From contig OZ024744.1 in the NCBI GenBank assembly GCA_964016885.1, forward strand, positions 2,666,001 through 2,730,000: a stretch of DNA of 64,000 bases, read 5' to 3'. Shown piece after piece: positions 38,901-51,768 of this stretch; position 1 is the first letter of the stretch, and the number at the start of each line of letters is the position of its first letter. The DNA comes from Eledone cirrhosa (lineage: Eukaryota). Under the pieces are notes generated by a model. It saw only the letters and a list, made by a program, of their open reading frames with translations, was not told where the DNA came from and searched no databases. The position numbers and the translations under genes were made by a program.

Positions 38901-41900
38901 AGAACGAAGTTTTGGGGAAGACAATGTAGAGAAAGATAGCTTGGTGAAGAACGAAGTTTTGGGGGAAGACAAGGTAGAGAAAGATAGCTTGGTGAATAAC
39001 GAAATTTTGGGAGAAGACAAGGTCGAGAAAGATAGCTTGGTGAAGAACGAAATTTTGAGGGAAGACAAGGTAGAGAAAGATAGCTTGGTGAAGAACGACG
39101 TTTTGGTGGAAGACAAGGTAGAGAAAGATAGCTTGGTGAAGAACGATGTTTTGGGGAAGACAATGTAGAGAAAGATAGCTTGGTGAGGAACGAAGTTTTC
39201 GGGGAAGAAAAGGTAGAGAAAGATAGCTTGGTGAAGAACGACGTTTTGAGGGAAGACAAGGTAGAGAAAGATAGCTTGGTGAAGAACGACGTTTTGTGGG
39301 AAGACAAGGTAGAGAAAGATAGCATGGTGAAGAACGATGTTTTGGGGGAAGACAAGGTAGAGAAAGATAGCTTGGTGAAGAACGGAGTTTTGGGGGAAGA
39401 CAAGGTAGAGAAAGATAGCTTGGTGAAGAACGAAGTTTTGGGGGAAGACAAGGTAGAGAAAGATAGCTTGGTGAAGAACGAAGTTTTGTGGAAGACAATG
39501 TAGAGAAAGATAGCTTGGTGAAGAACGAAGTTTTGGGGAAGACAATGTAGAGAAAGATAGCTTGGTGAAGAACGAAGTTTTGGGGGAAGACAAGGTAGAG
39601 AAAGATAGCTTGGTGAAGAACGAAGTTTTGGGAGAAGACAAGGTAGAGAAAGATAGCTTGGTGAAGAACGAAGTTTTGAGGGAAGACAAGGTAGAGAAAG
39701 ATAGCTTGGTGAAGAACGACGTTTTGAGGGAAGACAAGGTAGAGAAAGATAGCTTGGTGAAGAACGACGTTTTGTGGGAAGACAAGGTAGAGAAAGATAG
39801 CTTGGTGAAGAACGGAGTTTTGGGGGAAGACAAGGTAGAGAAAGATAGCTTGGTGAAGAACGAAGTTTTGGGAGAAGACAAGGTAGAGAAAGATAGCTTG
39901 GTGAAGAACGAAGTTTTGAGGGAAGACAAGGTAGAGAAAGATAGCTTGGTGAAGAACGACGTTTTGAGAGAAGACAAGGTAGAGAAAGATAGCTTGGTGA
40001 AGAACGACGTTTTGTGGGAAGACAAGGTAGAGAAAGATAGCTTGGTGAAGAACGAAGTTTTGGGGGAAGACAAGGTAGAGAAAGATAGCTTGGTGAAGAA
40101 CGAAGTTTTGTGGGAAGACAAGGTAGAGAAAGATAGCTTGGTGAAGAACGAAGTTTTGGGGAAGACAATGTAGAGAAAGATTGCTTGGTGAAGAACGAAG
40201 TTTTGGGGGAAGACAAGGTAGAGAAAGATAGCTTGGTGAATAACGAAATTTTGGGAGAAGACAAGGTCGAGAAAGATAGCTTGGTGAAGAACGAAATTTT
40301 GAGGGAAGACAAGGTAGAGAAAGATAGCTTGGTGAAGAACGACGTTTTGGTGGAAGACAAGGTAGAGAAAGATAGCTTGGTGAAGAATGACCTTTTGTGG
40401 GAAGACAAGGTAGAGAAAGATAGCTTGGTGAAGAACGAAATTTTGAGGGAAGACAAGGTAGAGAAAGATAGCTTGGTGAAGAACGACGTTTTGGTGGAAG
40501 ACAAGGTAGAGAAAGATAGCTTGGTGAAGAACGATGTTTTGGGGAAGACAATGTAGAGAAAGATAGCTTGGTGAAGAACGAAGTTTTGGGGAAGACAATG
40601 TAGAGAAAGATAGCTTGGTGAAGAACGAAGTTTTGGGGGAAGACAAGGTAGAGAAAGATAGCTTGGTGAAGAACGAAGTTTTGGGAGAAGACAAGGTAGA
40701 GAAAGATAGCTTGGTGAAGAACGAAGTTTTGAGGGAAGACAAGGTAGAGAAAGATAGCTTGGTGAAGAACGACGTTTTGAGGGAAGACAAGGTAGAGAAA
40801 GATAGCTTGGTGAAGAACGACGTTTTGTGGGAAGACAAGGTAGAGAAAGATAGCTTGGTGAAGAACGGAGTTTTGGGGGAAGACAAGGTAGAGAAAGATA
40901 GCTTGGTGAAGAACGAAGTTTTGGGAGAAGACAAGGTAGAGAAAGATAGCTTGGTGAAGAACGAAGTTTTGAGGGAAGACAAGGTAGAGAAAGATAGCTT
41001 GGTGAAGAACGACGTTTTGAGAGAAGACAAGGTAGAGAAAGATAGCTTGGTGAAGAACGACGTTTTGTGGGAAGACAAGGTAGAGAAAGATAGCTTGGTG
41101 AAGAACGAAGTTTTGGGGGAAGACAAGGTAGAGAAAGATAGCTTGGTGAAGAACGAAGTTTTGTGGGAAGACAAGGTAGAGAAAGATAGCTTGGTGAAGA
41201 ACGAAGTTTTGGGGAAGACAATGTAGAGAAAGATTGCTTGGTGAAGAACGAAGTTTTGGGGGAAGACAAGGTAGAGAAAGATAGCTTGGTGAATAACGAA
41301 ATTTTGGGAGAAGACAAGGTCGAGAAAGATAGCTTGGTGAAGAACGAAATTTTGAGGGAAGACAAGGTAGAGAAAGATAGCTTGGTGAAGAACGACGTTT
41401 TGGTGGAAGACAAGGTAGAGAAAGATAGCTTGGTGAAGAATGACCTTTTGTGGGAAGACAAGGTAGAGAAAGATAGCTTGGTGAAGAACGAAATTTTGAG
41501 GGAAGACAAGGTAGAGAAAGATAGCTTGGTGAAGAACGACGTTTTGGTGGAAGACAAGGTAGAGAAAGATAGCTTGGTGAAGAACGATGTTTTGGGGAAG
41601 ACAATGTAGAGAAAGATAGCTTGGTGAAGAACGAAGTTTTGGGGGAAGACAAGGTAGAGAAAGATAGCTTGGTGAAGGACGACGTTTTGAGGGAAGACAA
41701 GGTAGAGAAAGATAGCTTGATGAAGAACGACGTTTTGTGGGAAGACAAGGTAGAGAAAGATAGCTTGGTGAAGAACGAAGTTTTGGGGGAAGACAAGGTA
41801 GAGAAAGATAGCTTGGTGAAGAACGGAGTTTTGGGGGAAGACAAGGTAGAGAAAGATAGCTTGGTGAAGAACGAAGTTTTGGGGGAAGACAAGGTAGAGA

Positions 41901-44900
41901 AAGATAGCTTGGTGAAGAACGAAGTTTTGTGGAAGACAATGTAGAGAAAGATAGCTTGGAGAAGAACGAAGTTTTGGGGAAGACAATGTAGAGAAAGATA
42001 GCTTGGTGAAGAACGAAGTTTTGGGGGAAGACAAGGTAGAGAAAGATAGCTTGGTGAAGAACGAAGTTTTGGGAGAAGACAAGGTAGAGAAAGATAGCTT
42101 GGTGAAGAACGAAGTTTTGAGGGAAGACAAGGTAGAGAAAGATAGCTTGGTGAAGAACGACGTTTTGAGGGAAGACAAGGTAGAGAAAGATAGCTTGGTG
42201 AAGAACGACGTTTTGTGGGAAGACAAGGCAGAGAAAGATAGCTTGGTGAAGAACGAAGTTTTGTGGGAAGACAAGGTAGAGAAAGATAGCTTGGTGAAGA
42301 ACGAAGTTTTGGGGGAAGACAAGGTAGAGAAAGATAGCTTGGTGAATAACGAAATTTTGTGAGAAGACAAGGTCGAGAAAGATAGCTTGGTGAAGAACGA
42401 AATGTTGAGGGAAGACAAGGTAGAGAAAGATAGCTTGGTGAAGAACGACGTTTTGGTGGAAGACAAGGTAGAGAAAGATAGCTTGGTGAAGAACGATGTT
42501 TTGTGGGAAGACAAGGTAGAGAAAGATAGCTTGGTGAAGAACGAAGTTTTGGGGGAAGACAAGGTAGAGAAAGATAGCTTGGTGAAGAACGAAGTTTTGG
42601 GGGAAGACAAGGTAGAGAAAGATAGCTTGGTGAAGAACGAAGTTTTGTGGGAAGACAAGGTAGAGAAAGATAGCTTGGTGAAGAACGAAGTTTTGGGGAA
42701 GACAATGTAGAGAAAGATAGCTTGGTGAAGAACGAAGTTTTGGGGGAAGACAAGGTAGAGAAAGATAGCTTGGTGAATAACGAAATTTTGGGAGAAGACA
42801 AGGTCGAGAAAGATAGCTTGGTGAAGAACGAAGTTTTGGGGGAAGACAAGGTAGAGAAAGATAGCTTGGTGAAGAACGAAGTTTTGGGAGAAGACAAGGT
42901 AGAGAAAGATAGCTTGGTGAAGAACGAAGTTTTGAGGGAAGACAAGGTAGAGAAAGATAGCTTGGTGAATAACGACGTTTTGAGGGAAGACAAGGTAGAG
43001 AAAGATAGCTTGGTGAAGAACGACGTTTTGTGGGAAGACAAGGTAGAGAAAGATAGCTTGGTGAAGAACGAAGTTTTGGGGGAAGACAAGGTAGAGAAAG
43101 ATAGCTTGGTGAAGAACGAAGTTTTGGGGGAAGACAAGGTAGATAAAGATAGCTTGGTGAAGAACGAAGTTTTGTGGGAAGACAAGGTAGAGAAAGATAG
43201 CTTGGTGAAGAACGAAGTTTTGGGGAAGACAATGTAGAGAAAGATAGCTTGGTGAAGAACGAAATTTTGGGAGAAGACAAGGTCGAGAAAGATAGCTTGG
43301 TGAAGAACGAAATTTTGGGAGAAGACAAGGTCGAGAAAGATAGCTTGGTGAAGAACGAAATTTTGAGGGAAGACAAGGTAGAGAAAGATAGCTTGGTGAA
43401 GAACGACGTTTTGGTGGAAGACAAGGTAGAGAAAGATAGCTTGGTGAAGAACGATGTTTTGGGGAAGACAATGTAGAGAAAGATAGCTTGGTGAGGAACG
43501 AAGTTTTCGAGGAAGACAAGGTAGAGAAAGATAGCTTGGTGAAGAACGACGTTTTGAGGGAAGACAAGGTAGAGAAAGATAGCTTGGTGAAGAACGACGT
43601 TTTGTGGGAAGACAAGGTAGAGAAAGATAGCTTGGTGAAGAACGATGTTTTGGGGGAAGACAAGGTAGAGAAAGATAGCTTGGTGAAGAACGGAGTTTTG
43701 GGGGAAGACAAGGTAGAGAAAGATAGCTTGGTGAAGAACGAAGTTTTGGGGGAAGACAAGGTAGAGAAAGATAGCTTGGTGAAGAACGAAGTTTTGTGGA
43801 AGACAATGTAGAGAAAGATAGCTTGGTGAAGAACGAAGTTTTGGGGAAGACAATGTAGAGAAAGATAGCTTGGTGAAGAACGAAGTTTTGGGGGAAGACA
43901 AGGTAGAGAAAGATAGCTTGGTGAAGAACGAAGTTTTGGGAGAAGACAAGGTAGAGAAAGATAGCTTGGTGCAGAACGAAGTTTTGAGGGAAGACAAGGT
44001 AGAGAAAGATAGCTTGGTGAAGAACGACGTTTTGAGGGAAGACAAGGTAGAGAAAGATAGCTTGGTGAAGAACGACGTTTTGTGGGAAGACAAGGTAGAG
44101 AAAGATAGCTTGGTGAAGAACGGAGTTTTGGGGGAAGACAAGGTAGAGAAAGATAGCTTGGTGAAGAACGAAGTTTTGGGAGAAGACAAGGTAGAGAAAG
44201 ATAGCTTGGTGAAGAACGAAGTTTTGAGGGAAGACAAGGTAGAGAAAGATAGCTTGGTGAAGAACGACGTTTTGAGAGAAGACAAGGTAGAGAAAGATAG
44301 CTTGGTGAAGAACGACGTTTTGTGGGAAGACAAGGTAGAGAAAGATAGCTTGGTGAAGAACGAAGTTTTGGTGGAAGACAAGGTAGAGAAAGATAGCTTG
44401 GTGAAGAACGAAGTTTTGTGGGAAGACAAGGTAGAGAAAGATAGCTTGGTGAAGAACGAAGTTTTGGGGAAGACAATGTAGAGAAAGATTGCTTGGTGAA
44501 GAACGAAGTTTTGGGGGAAGACAAGGTAGAGAAAGATAGCTTGGTGAATAACGAAATTTTGGGAGAAGACAAGGTCGAGAAAGATAGCTTGGTGAAGAAC
44601 GAAATTTTGAGGGAAGACAAGGTAGAGAAAGATAGCTTGGTGAAGAACGACGTTTTGGTGGAAGACAAGGTAGAGAAAGATAGCTTGGTGAAGAATGACC
44701 TTTTGTGGGAAGACAAGGTAGAGAAAGATAGCTTGGTGAAGAACGAAATTTTGAGGGAAGACAAGGTAGAGAAAGATAGCTTGGTGAAGAACGACGTTTT
44801 GGTGGAAGACAAGGTAGAGAAAGATAGCTTGGTGAAGAACGATGTTTTGGGGAAGACAATGTAGAGAAAGATAGCTTGGTGAAGAACGAAGTTTTGGGGG

Positions 44901-45880
44901 AAGACAAGGTAGAGAAAGATAGCTTGGTGAAGGACGACGTTTTGAGGGAAGACAAGGTAGAGAAAGATAGCTTGATGAAGAACGACGTTTTGTGGGAAGA
45001 CAAGGTAGAGAAAGATAGCTTGGTGAAGAACGAAGTTTTGGGGGAAGACAAGGTAGAGAAAGATAGCTTGGTGAAGAACGGAGTTTTGGGGGAAGACAAG
45101 GTAGAGAAAGATAGCTTGGTGAAGAACGAAGTTTTGGGGGAAGACAAGGTAGAGAAAGATAGCTTGGTGAAGAACGAAGTTTTGTGGAAGACAATGTAGA
45201 GAAAGATAGCTTGGAGAAGAACGAAGTTTTGGGGAAGACAATGTAGAGAAAGATAGCTTGGTGAAGAACGAAGTTTTGGGGGAAGACAAGGTAGAGAAAG
45301 ATAGCTTGGTGAAGAACGAAGTTTTGGGAGAAGACAAGGTAGAGAAAGATAGCTTGGTGAAGAACGAAGTTTTGAGGGAAGACAAGGTAGAGAAAGATAG
45401 CTTGGTGAAGAACGACGTTTTGAGGGAAGACAAGGTAGAGAAAGATAGCTTGGTGAAGAACGACGTTTTGTGGGAAGACAAGGCAGAGAAAGATAGCTTG
45501 GTGAAGAACGAAGTTTTGTGGGAAGACAAGGTAGAGAAAGATAGCTTGGTGAAGAACGAAGTTTTGGGGGAAGACAAGGTAGAGAAAGATAGCTTGGTGA
45601 ATTACGAAATTTTTGAGAAGACAAGGTCGAGAAAGATAGCTTGGTGAAGAACGAAATGTTGAGGGAAGACAAGGTAGAGAAAGATAGCTTGGTGAAGAAC
45701 GACGTTTTGGTGGAAGACAAGGTAGAGAAAGATAGCTTGGTGAAGAACGATGTTTTGTGGGAAGACAAGGTAGAGAAAGATAGCTTGGTGAAGAACGAAG
45801 TTTTGGGGGAAGACAAGGTAGAGAAAGATAGCTTGGTGAAGAACGAAGTTTTGGGGGAAGACAAGGTAGAGAAAGATAGC
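32144..45880 (+). repeat. 3255-bp (68-monomer) higher-order repeat, ~4 near-identical copies, one expanded by a 1053-bp internal duplication
   Basis: Blocks 32670/35925/39180, 33052/36307/39562, 34058/37313, 34824/38079, 40615/43870, 41238/44493 and 41621/44876 are all offset by 3255. The pair 37313/41621 is offset by 4308 = 3255 + 1053. Confidence 0.93.
39515..41620 (+). repeat. 1053-bp (22-monomer) tandem duplication nested in the third 3255-bp unit
   Basis: Blocks 39562/40615 and 40185/41238 have the same variant order (TTGAGAGAAG, GATTGC, AATGACCTTTTG). Confidence 0.9.
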
Positions 45881-47652
45881 TTGGTGAAGAACGGAGTTTT
45901 GGGGGAAGACAAGGTAGAGAAAGATAGCTTGGTGAAGAACGAAGTTTTGGGAGAAGACAAGGTAGAGAAAGATAGCTTGGTGAAGAACGAAGTTTTGAGG
46001 GAAGACAAGGTAGAGAAAGATAGCTTGGTGAAGAACGACGTTTTGAGAGAAGACAAGGTAGAGAAAGATAGCTTGGTGAAGAACGACGTTTTGTGGGAAG
46101 ACAAGGTAGAGAAAGATAGCTTGGTGAAGAACGAAGTTTTGGTGGAAGACAAGGTAGAGAAAGATAGCTTGGTGAAGAACGAAGTTTTGTGGGAAGACAA
46201 GGTAGAGAAAGATAGCTTGGTGAAGAACGAAGTTTTGGGGAAGACAATGTAGAGAAAGATTGCTTGGTGAAGAACGAAGTTTTGGGGGAAGACAAGGTAG
46301 AGAAAGATAGCTTGGTGAATAACGAAATTTTGGGAGAAGACAAGGTCGAGAAAGATAGCTTGGTGAAGAACGAAATTTTGAGGGAAGACAAGGTAGAGAA
46401 AGATAGCTTGGTGAAGAACGACGTTTTGGTGGAAGACAAGGTAGAGAAAGATAGCTTGGTGAAGAATGACCTTTTGTGGGAAGACAAGGTAGAGAAAGAT
46501 AGCTTGGTGAAGAACGAAATTTTGAGGGAAGACAAGGTAGAGAAAGATAGCTTGGTGAAGAACGACGTTTTGGTGGAAGACAAGGTAGAGAAAGATAGCT
46601 TGGTGAAGAACGATGTTTTGGGGAAGACAATGTAGAGAAAGATAGCTTGGTGAAGAACGAAGTTTTGGGGGAAGACAAGGTAGAGAAAGATAGCTTGGTG
46701 AAGGACGACGTTTTGAGGGAAGACAAGGTAGAGAAAGATAGCTTGATGAAGAACGACGTTTTGTGGGAAGACAAGGTAGAGAAAGATAGCTTGGTGAAGA
46801 ACGAAGTTTTGGGGGAAGACAAGGTAGAGAAAGATAGCTTGGTGAAGAACGGAGTTTTGGGGGAAGACAAGGTAGAGAAAGATAGCTTGGTGAAGAACGA
46901 AGTTTTGGGGGAAGACAAGGTAGAGAAAGATAGCTTGGTGAAGAACGAAGTTTTGTGGAAGACAATGTAGAGAAAGATAGCTTGGAGAAGAACGAAGTTT
47001 TGGGGAAGACAATGTAGAGAAAGATAGCTTGGTGAAGAACGAAGTTTTGGGGGAAGACAAGGTAGAGAAAGATAGCTTGGTGAAGAACGAAGTTTTGGGA
47101 GAAGACAAGGTAGAGAAAGATAGCTTGGTGAAGAACGAAGTTTTGAGGGAAGACAAGGTAGAGAAAGATAGCTTGGTGAAGAACGACGTTTTGAGGGAAG
47201 ACAAGGTAGAGAAAGATAGCTTGGTGAAGAACGACGTTTTGTGGGAAGACAAGGCAGAGAAAGATAGCTTGGTGAAGAACGAAGTTTTGTGGGAAGACAA
47301 GGTAGAGAAAGATAGCTTGGTGAAGAACGAAGTTTTGGGGGAAGACAAGGTAGAGAAAGATAGCTTGGTGAATTACGAAATTTTGTGAGAAGACAAGGTC
47401 GAGAAAGATAGCTTGGTGAAGAACGAAATGTTGAGGGAAGACAAGGTAGAGAAAGATAGCTTGGTGAAGAACGACGTTTTGGTGGAAGACAAGGTAGAGA
47501 AAGATAGCTTGGTGAAGAACGATGTTTTGTGGGAAGACAAGGTAGAGAAAGATAGCTTGGTGAAGAACGAAGTTTTGGGGGAAGACAAGGTAGAGAAAGA
47601 TAGCTTGGTGAAGAACGAAGTTTTGGGGGAAGACAAGGTAGAGAAAGATAGC
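44110..47652 (+). repeat. 1771-bp (37-monomer) tandem duplication, 2 copies
   Basis: Blocks 44110/45881, 44493/46264, 44876/46647 and 45258/47029 match. I saw the variant GAATTACGAA only at ~45600 and ~47370. Confidence 0.88.
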
Positions 47653-50524
47653 TTGGTGAAGAACGAAGTTTTGTGGGAAGACAAGGTAGAGAAAGATAGC
47701 TTGGTGAAGAACGAAGTTTTGGGGAAGACAATGTAGAGAAAGATAGCTTGGTGAAGAACGAAGTTTTGGGGGAAGACAAGGTAGAGAAAGATAGCTTGGT
47801 GAATAACGAAATTTTGGGAGAAGACAAGGTCGAGAAAGATAGCTTGGTGAAGAACGAAATTTTGAGGGAAGACAAGGTAGAGAAAGATAGCTTGGTGAAG
47901 AACGGCGTTTTGGTGGAAGACAAGGTAGAGAAAGATAGCTTGGTGAAGAACGATGTTTTGGGGAAGACAATGTAGAGAAAGATAGCTTGGTGAGGAACGA
48001 AGTTTTGGGGGAAGACAAGGTAGAGAAAGATAGCTTGGTGAAGAACGACGTTTTGAGGGAAGACAAGGTAGAGAAAGATAGCTTGGTGAAGAACGACGTT
48101 TTGTCGGAAGACAAGGTAGAGAAAGATAGCTTGGTGAAGAACGAAGTTTTGGGGGAAGACAAGGTAGAGAAAGATAGCTTGGTGAAGAACGGAGTTTTGG
48201 GGGAAGACAAGGTAGAGAAAGATAGCTTGGTGAAGAACGAAGTTTTGGGGGAAGACAAGGTAGAGAAAGATAGCTTGGTGAAGAACGAAGTTTTGTGGAA
48301 GACAATGTAGAGAAAGATAGCTTGGTGAAGAACGAAGTTTTGGGGAAGACAATGTAGAGAAAGATAGCTTGGTGAAGAACGAATTTTTTGGGGAAGACAA
48401 GGTAGAGAAAGATAGCTTGGTGAAGAACGAAGTTTTGGGAGAAGACAAGGTAGAGAAAGATAGCTTGGTGAAGAACGAAGTTTTGAGGGAAGACAAGGTA
48501 GAGAAAGATAGCTTGGTGAAGAACGACGTTTTGAGGGAAGACAAGGTAGAGAAAGATAGCTTGGTGAAGAACGACGTTTTGTGGGAAGACAAGGTAGAGA
48601 AAGATAGCTTGGTGAAGAACGGAGTTTTGGGGGAAGACAAGGTAGAGAAAGATAGCTTGGTGAAGAACGAAGTTTTGGGAGAAGACAAGGTAGAGAAAGA
48701 TAGCTTGGTGAAGAACGAAGTTTTGAGGGAAGACAAGGTAGAGAAAGATAGCTTGGTGAAGAACGACGTTTTGAGGGAAGACAAGGTAGAGAAAGATAGC
48801 TTGGTGAAGAACGACGTTTTGTGGGAAGACAAGGTAGAGAAAGATAGCTTGGTGAAGAACGAAGTTTTGGGGTAAGACAAGGTAGAGAAAGATAGCTTGG
48901 TGAAGAACGAAGTTTTGGGGGAAGACAAGGTAGAGAAAGATAGCTTGGTGAAGAACGAAGTTTTGTGGGAAGACAAGGTAGAGAAAGATAGCTTGGTGAA
49001 GAACGACGTTTTGGTGGAAGACAAGGTAGAGAAAGATAGCTTGGTGAAGAACGATGTTTTGTGGGAAGACAAGGTAGAGAAAGATAGCTTGGTGAAGAAC
49101 GAAGTTTTGGGGGAAGACAAGGTAGAGAAAGATAGCTTGGTGAAGAACGAAGTTTTGGGGGAAGACAAGGTAGAGAAAGATAGCTTGGTGAAGAACGAAG
49201 TTTTGTGGGAAGACAAGGTAGAGAAAGATAGCTTGGTGAAGAACGAAGTTTTGGGGAAGACAATGTAGAGAAAGATAGCTTGGTGAAGAACGAAGTTTTG
49301 GGGGAAGACAAGGTAGAGAAAGATAGCTTGGTGAATAACGAAATTTTGGGAGAAGACAAGGTCGAGAAAGATAGCTTGGTGAAGAACGAAATTTTGAGGG
49401 AAGACAAGGTAGAGAAAGATAGCTTGGTGAAGAACGACGTTTTGGTGGAAGACAAGGTAGAGAAAGATAGCTTGGTGAAGAACGATGTTTTGGGGAAGAC
49501 AATGTAGAGAAAGATAGCTTGGTGAGGAACGAAGTTTTGGGGGAAGACAAGGTAGAGAAAGATAGCTTGGTGAAGAACGACGTTTTGAGGGAAGACAAGG
49601 TAGAGAAAGATAGCTTGGTGAAGAACGACGTTTTGTCGGAAGACAAGGTAGAGAAAGATAGCTTGGTGAAGAACGAAGTTTTGGGGGAAGACAAGGTAGA
49701 GAAAGATAGCTTGGTGAAGAACGGAGTTTTGGGGGAAGACAAGGTAGAGAAAGATAGCTTGGTGAAGAACGAAGTTTTGGGGGAAGACAAGGTAGAGAAA
49801 GATAGCTTGGTGAAGAACGAAGTTTTGTGGAAGACAATGTAAAGAAAGATAGCTTGGTGAAGAACGAAGTTTTGGGGAAGACAATGTAGAGAAAGATAGC
49901 TTGGTGAAGAACGAATTTTTGGGGGAAGACAAGGTAGAGAAAGATAGCTTGGTGAAGAACGAAGTTTTGGGAGAAGACAAGGTAGAGAAAGATAGCTTGG
50001 TGAAGAACGAAGTTTTGAGGGAAGACAAGGTAGAGAAAGATAGCTTGGTGAAGAACGACGTTTTGAGGGAAGACAAGGTAGAGAAAGATAGCTTGGTGAA
50101 GAACGACGTTTTGTGGGAAGACAAGGTAGAGAAAGATAGCTTGGTGAAGAACGGAGTTTTGGGGGAAGACAAGGTAGAGAAAGATAGCTTGGTGAAGAAC
50201 GAAGTTTTGGGAGAAGACAAGGTAGAGAAAGATAGCTTGGTGAAGAACGAAGTTTTGAGGGAATACAAGGTAGAGAAAGATAGCTTGGTGAAGAACGACG
50301 TTTTGAGGGAAGACAAGGTAGAGAAAGATAGCTTGGTGAAGAACGACGTTTTGTGGGAAGACAAGGTAGAGAAAGATAGCTTGGTGAAGAACGAAGTTTT
50401 GGGGGAAGACAAGGTAGAGAAAGATAGCTTGGTGAAGAACGAAGTTTTGGGGGAAGACAAGGTAGAGAAAGATAGCTTGGTGAAGAACGAAGTTTTGTGG
50501 GAAGACAAGGTAGAGAAAGATAGC
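47461..50524 (+). repeat. 1532-bp (32-monomer) tandem duplication, 2 copies
   Basis: Blocks 47461/48993, 47748/49280, 47987/49519 and 48369/49901 match, sharing the TTGTCGGAAG and GAATTTTT variants. Confidence 0.88.
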
Positions 50525-51768
50525 TTGGTGAAGAACGAAGTTTTGGGGAAGACAATGTAGAGAAAGATTGCTTGGTGAAGAACGAAGTTTTGGGGGAAGA
50601 CAAGGTAGAGAAAGATAGCTTGGTGAATAACGAAATTTTGGGAGAAGACAAGGTCGAGAAAGATAGCTTGGTGAAGAACGAAATTTTGAGGGAAGACAAG
50701 GTAGAGAAAGATAGCTTGGTGAAGAACGACGTTTTGGTGGAAGACAAGGTAGAGAATAATAGCTTGGTGAAGAATGACGTTTTGTGGGAAGACAAGGTAG
50801 AGAAAGATAGCTTGGTGAAGAACGAAATTTTGAGGGAAGACAAGGTAGAGAAAGATAGCTTGGTGAAGAACGACGTTTTGGTGGAAGACAAGGTAGAGAA
50901 AGATAGCTTGGTGAAGAACGATGTTTTGGGGAAGACAATGTAGAGAAAGATAGCTTGGTGAAGAACGAAGTTTTGGGGGAAGACAAGGTAGAGAAAGATA
51001 GCTTGGTGAAGGACGACGTTTTGAGGGAAGACAAGGTAGAGAAAGATAGCTTGATGAAGAACGACGTTTTGTGGGAAGACAAGGTAGAGAAAGATAGCTT
51101 GGTGAAGAACGAAGTTTTGGGGGAAGACAAGGTAGAGAAAGATAGCTTGGTGAAGAACGGAGTTTTGGGGGAAGACAAGGTAGAGAAAGATAGCTTGGTG
51201 AAGAACGAAGTTTTGGGGGAAGACAAGGTAGAGAAAGATAGCTTGGTGAAGAACGAAGTTTTGTGGAAGACAATGTAGAGAAAGATAGCTTGGAGAAGAA
51301 CGAAGTTTTGGGGAAGACAATGTAGAGAAAGATAGCTTGGTGAAGAACGAAGTTTTGGGGGAAGACAAGGTAGAGAAATATAGCTTGGTGAAGAACGAAG
51401 TTTTGGGAGAAGACAAGGTAGAGAAAGATAGCTTGGTGAAGAACGAAGTTTTGAGGGAAGACAAGGTAGAGAAAGATAGCTTGGTGAAGAACGACGTTTT
51501 GAGGGAAGACAAGGTAGAGAAAGATAGCTTGGTGAAGAACGACGTTTTGTGGGAAGACAAGGCAGAGAAAGATAGCTTGGTGAAGAACGAAGTTTTGTGG
51601 GAAGACAAGGTAGAGAAAGATAGCTTGGTGAAGAACGAAGTTTTGGGGGAAGACAAGGTAGAGAAAGATAGCTTGGTGAATAACGAAATTTTGTGAGAAG
51701 ACAAGGTCGAGAAAGATAGCTTGGTGAAGAACGAAATGTTGAGGGAAGACAAGGTAGAGAAAGATAGC

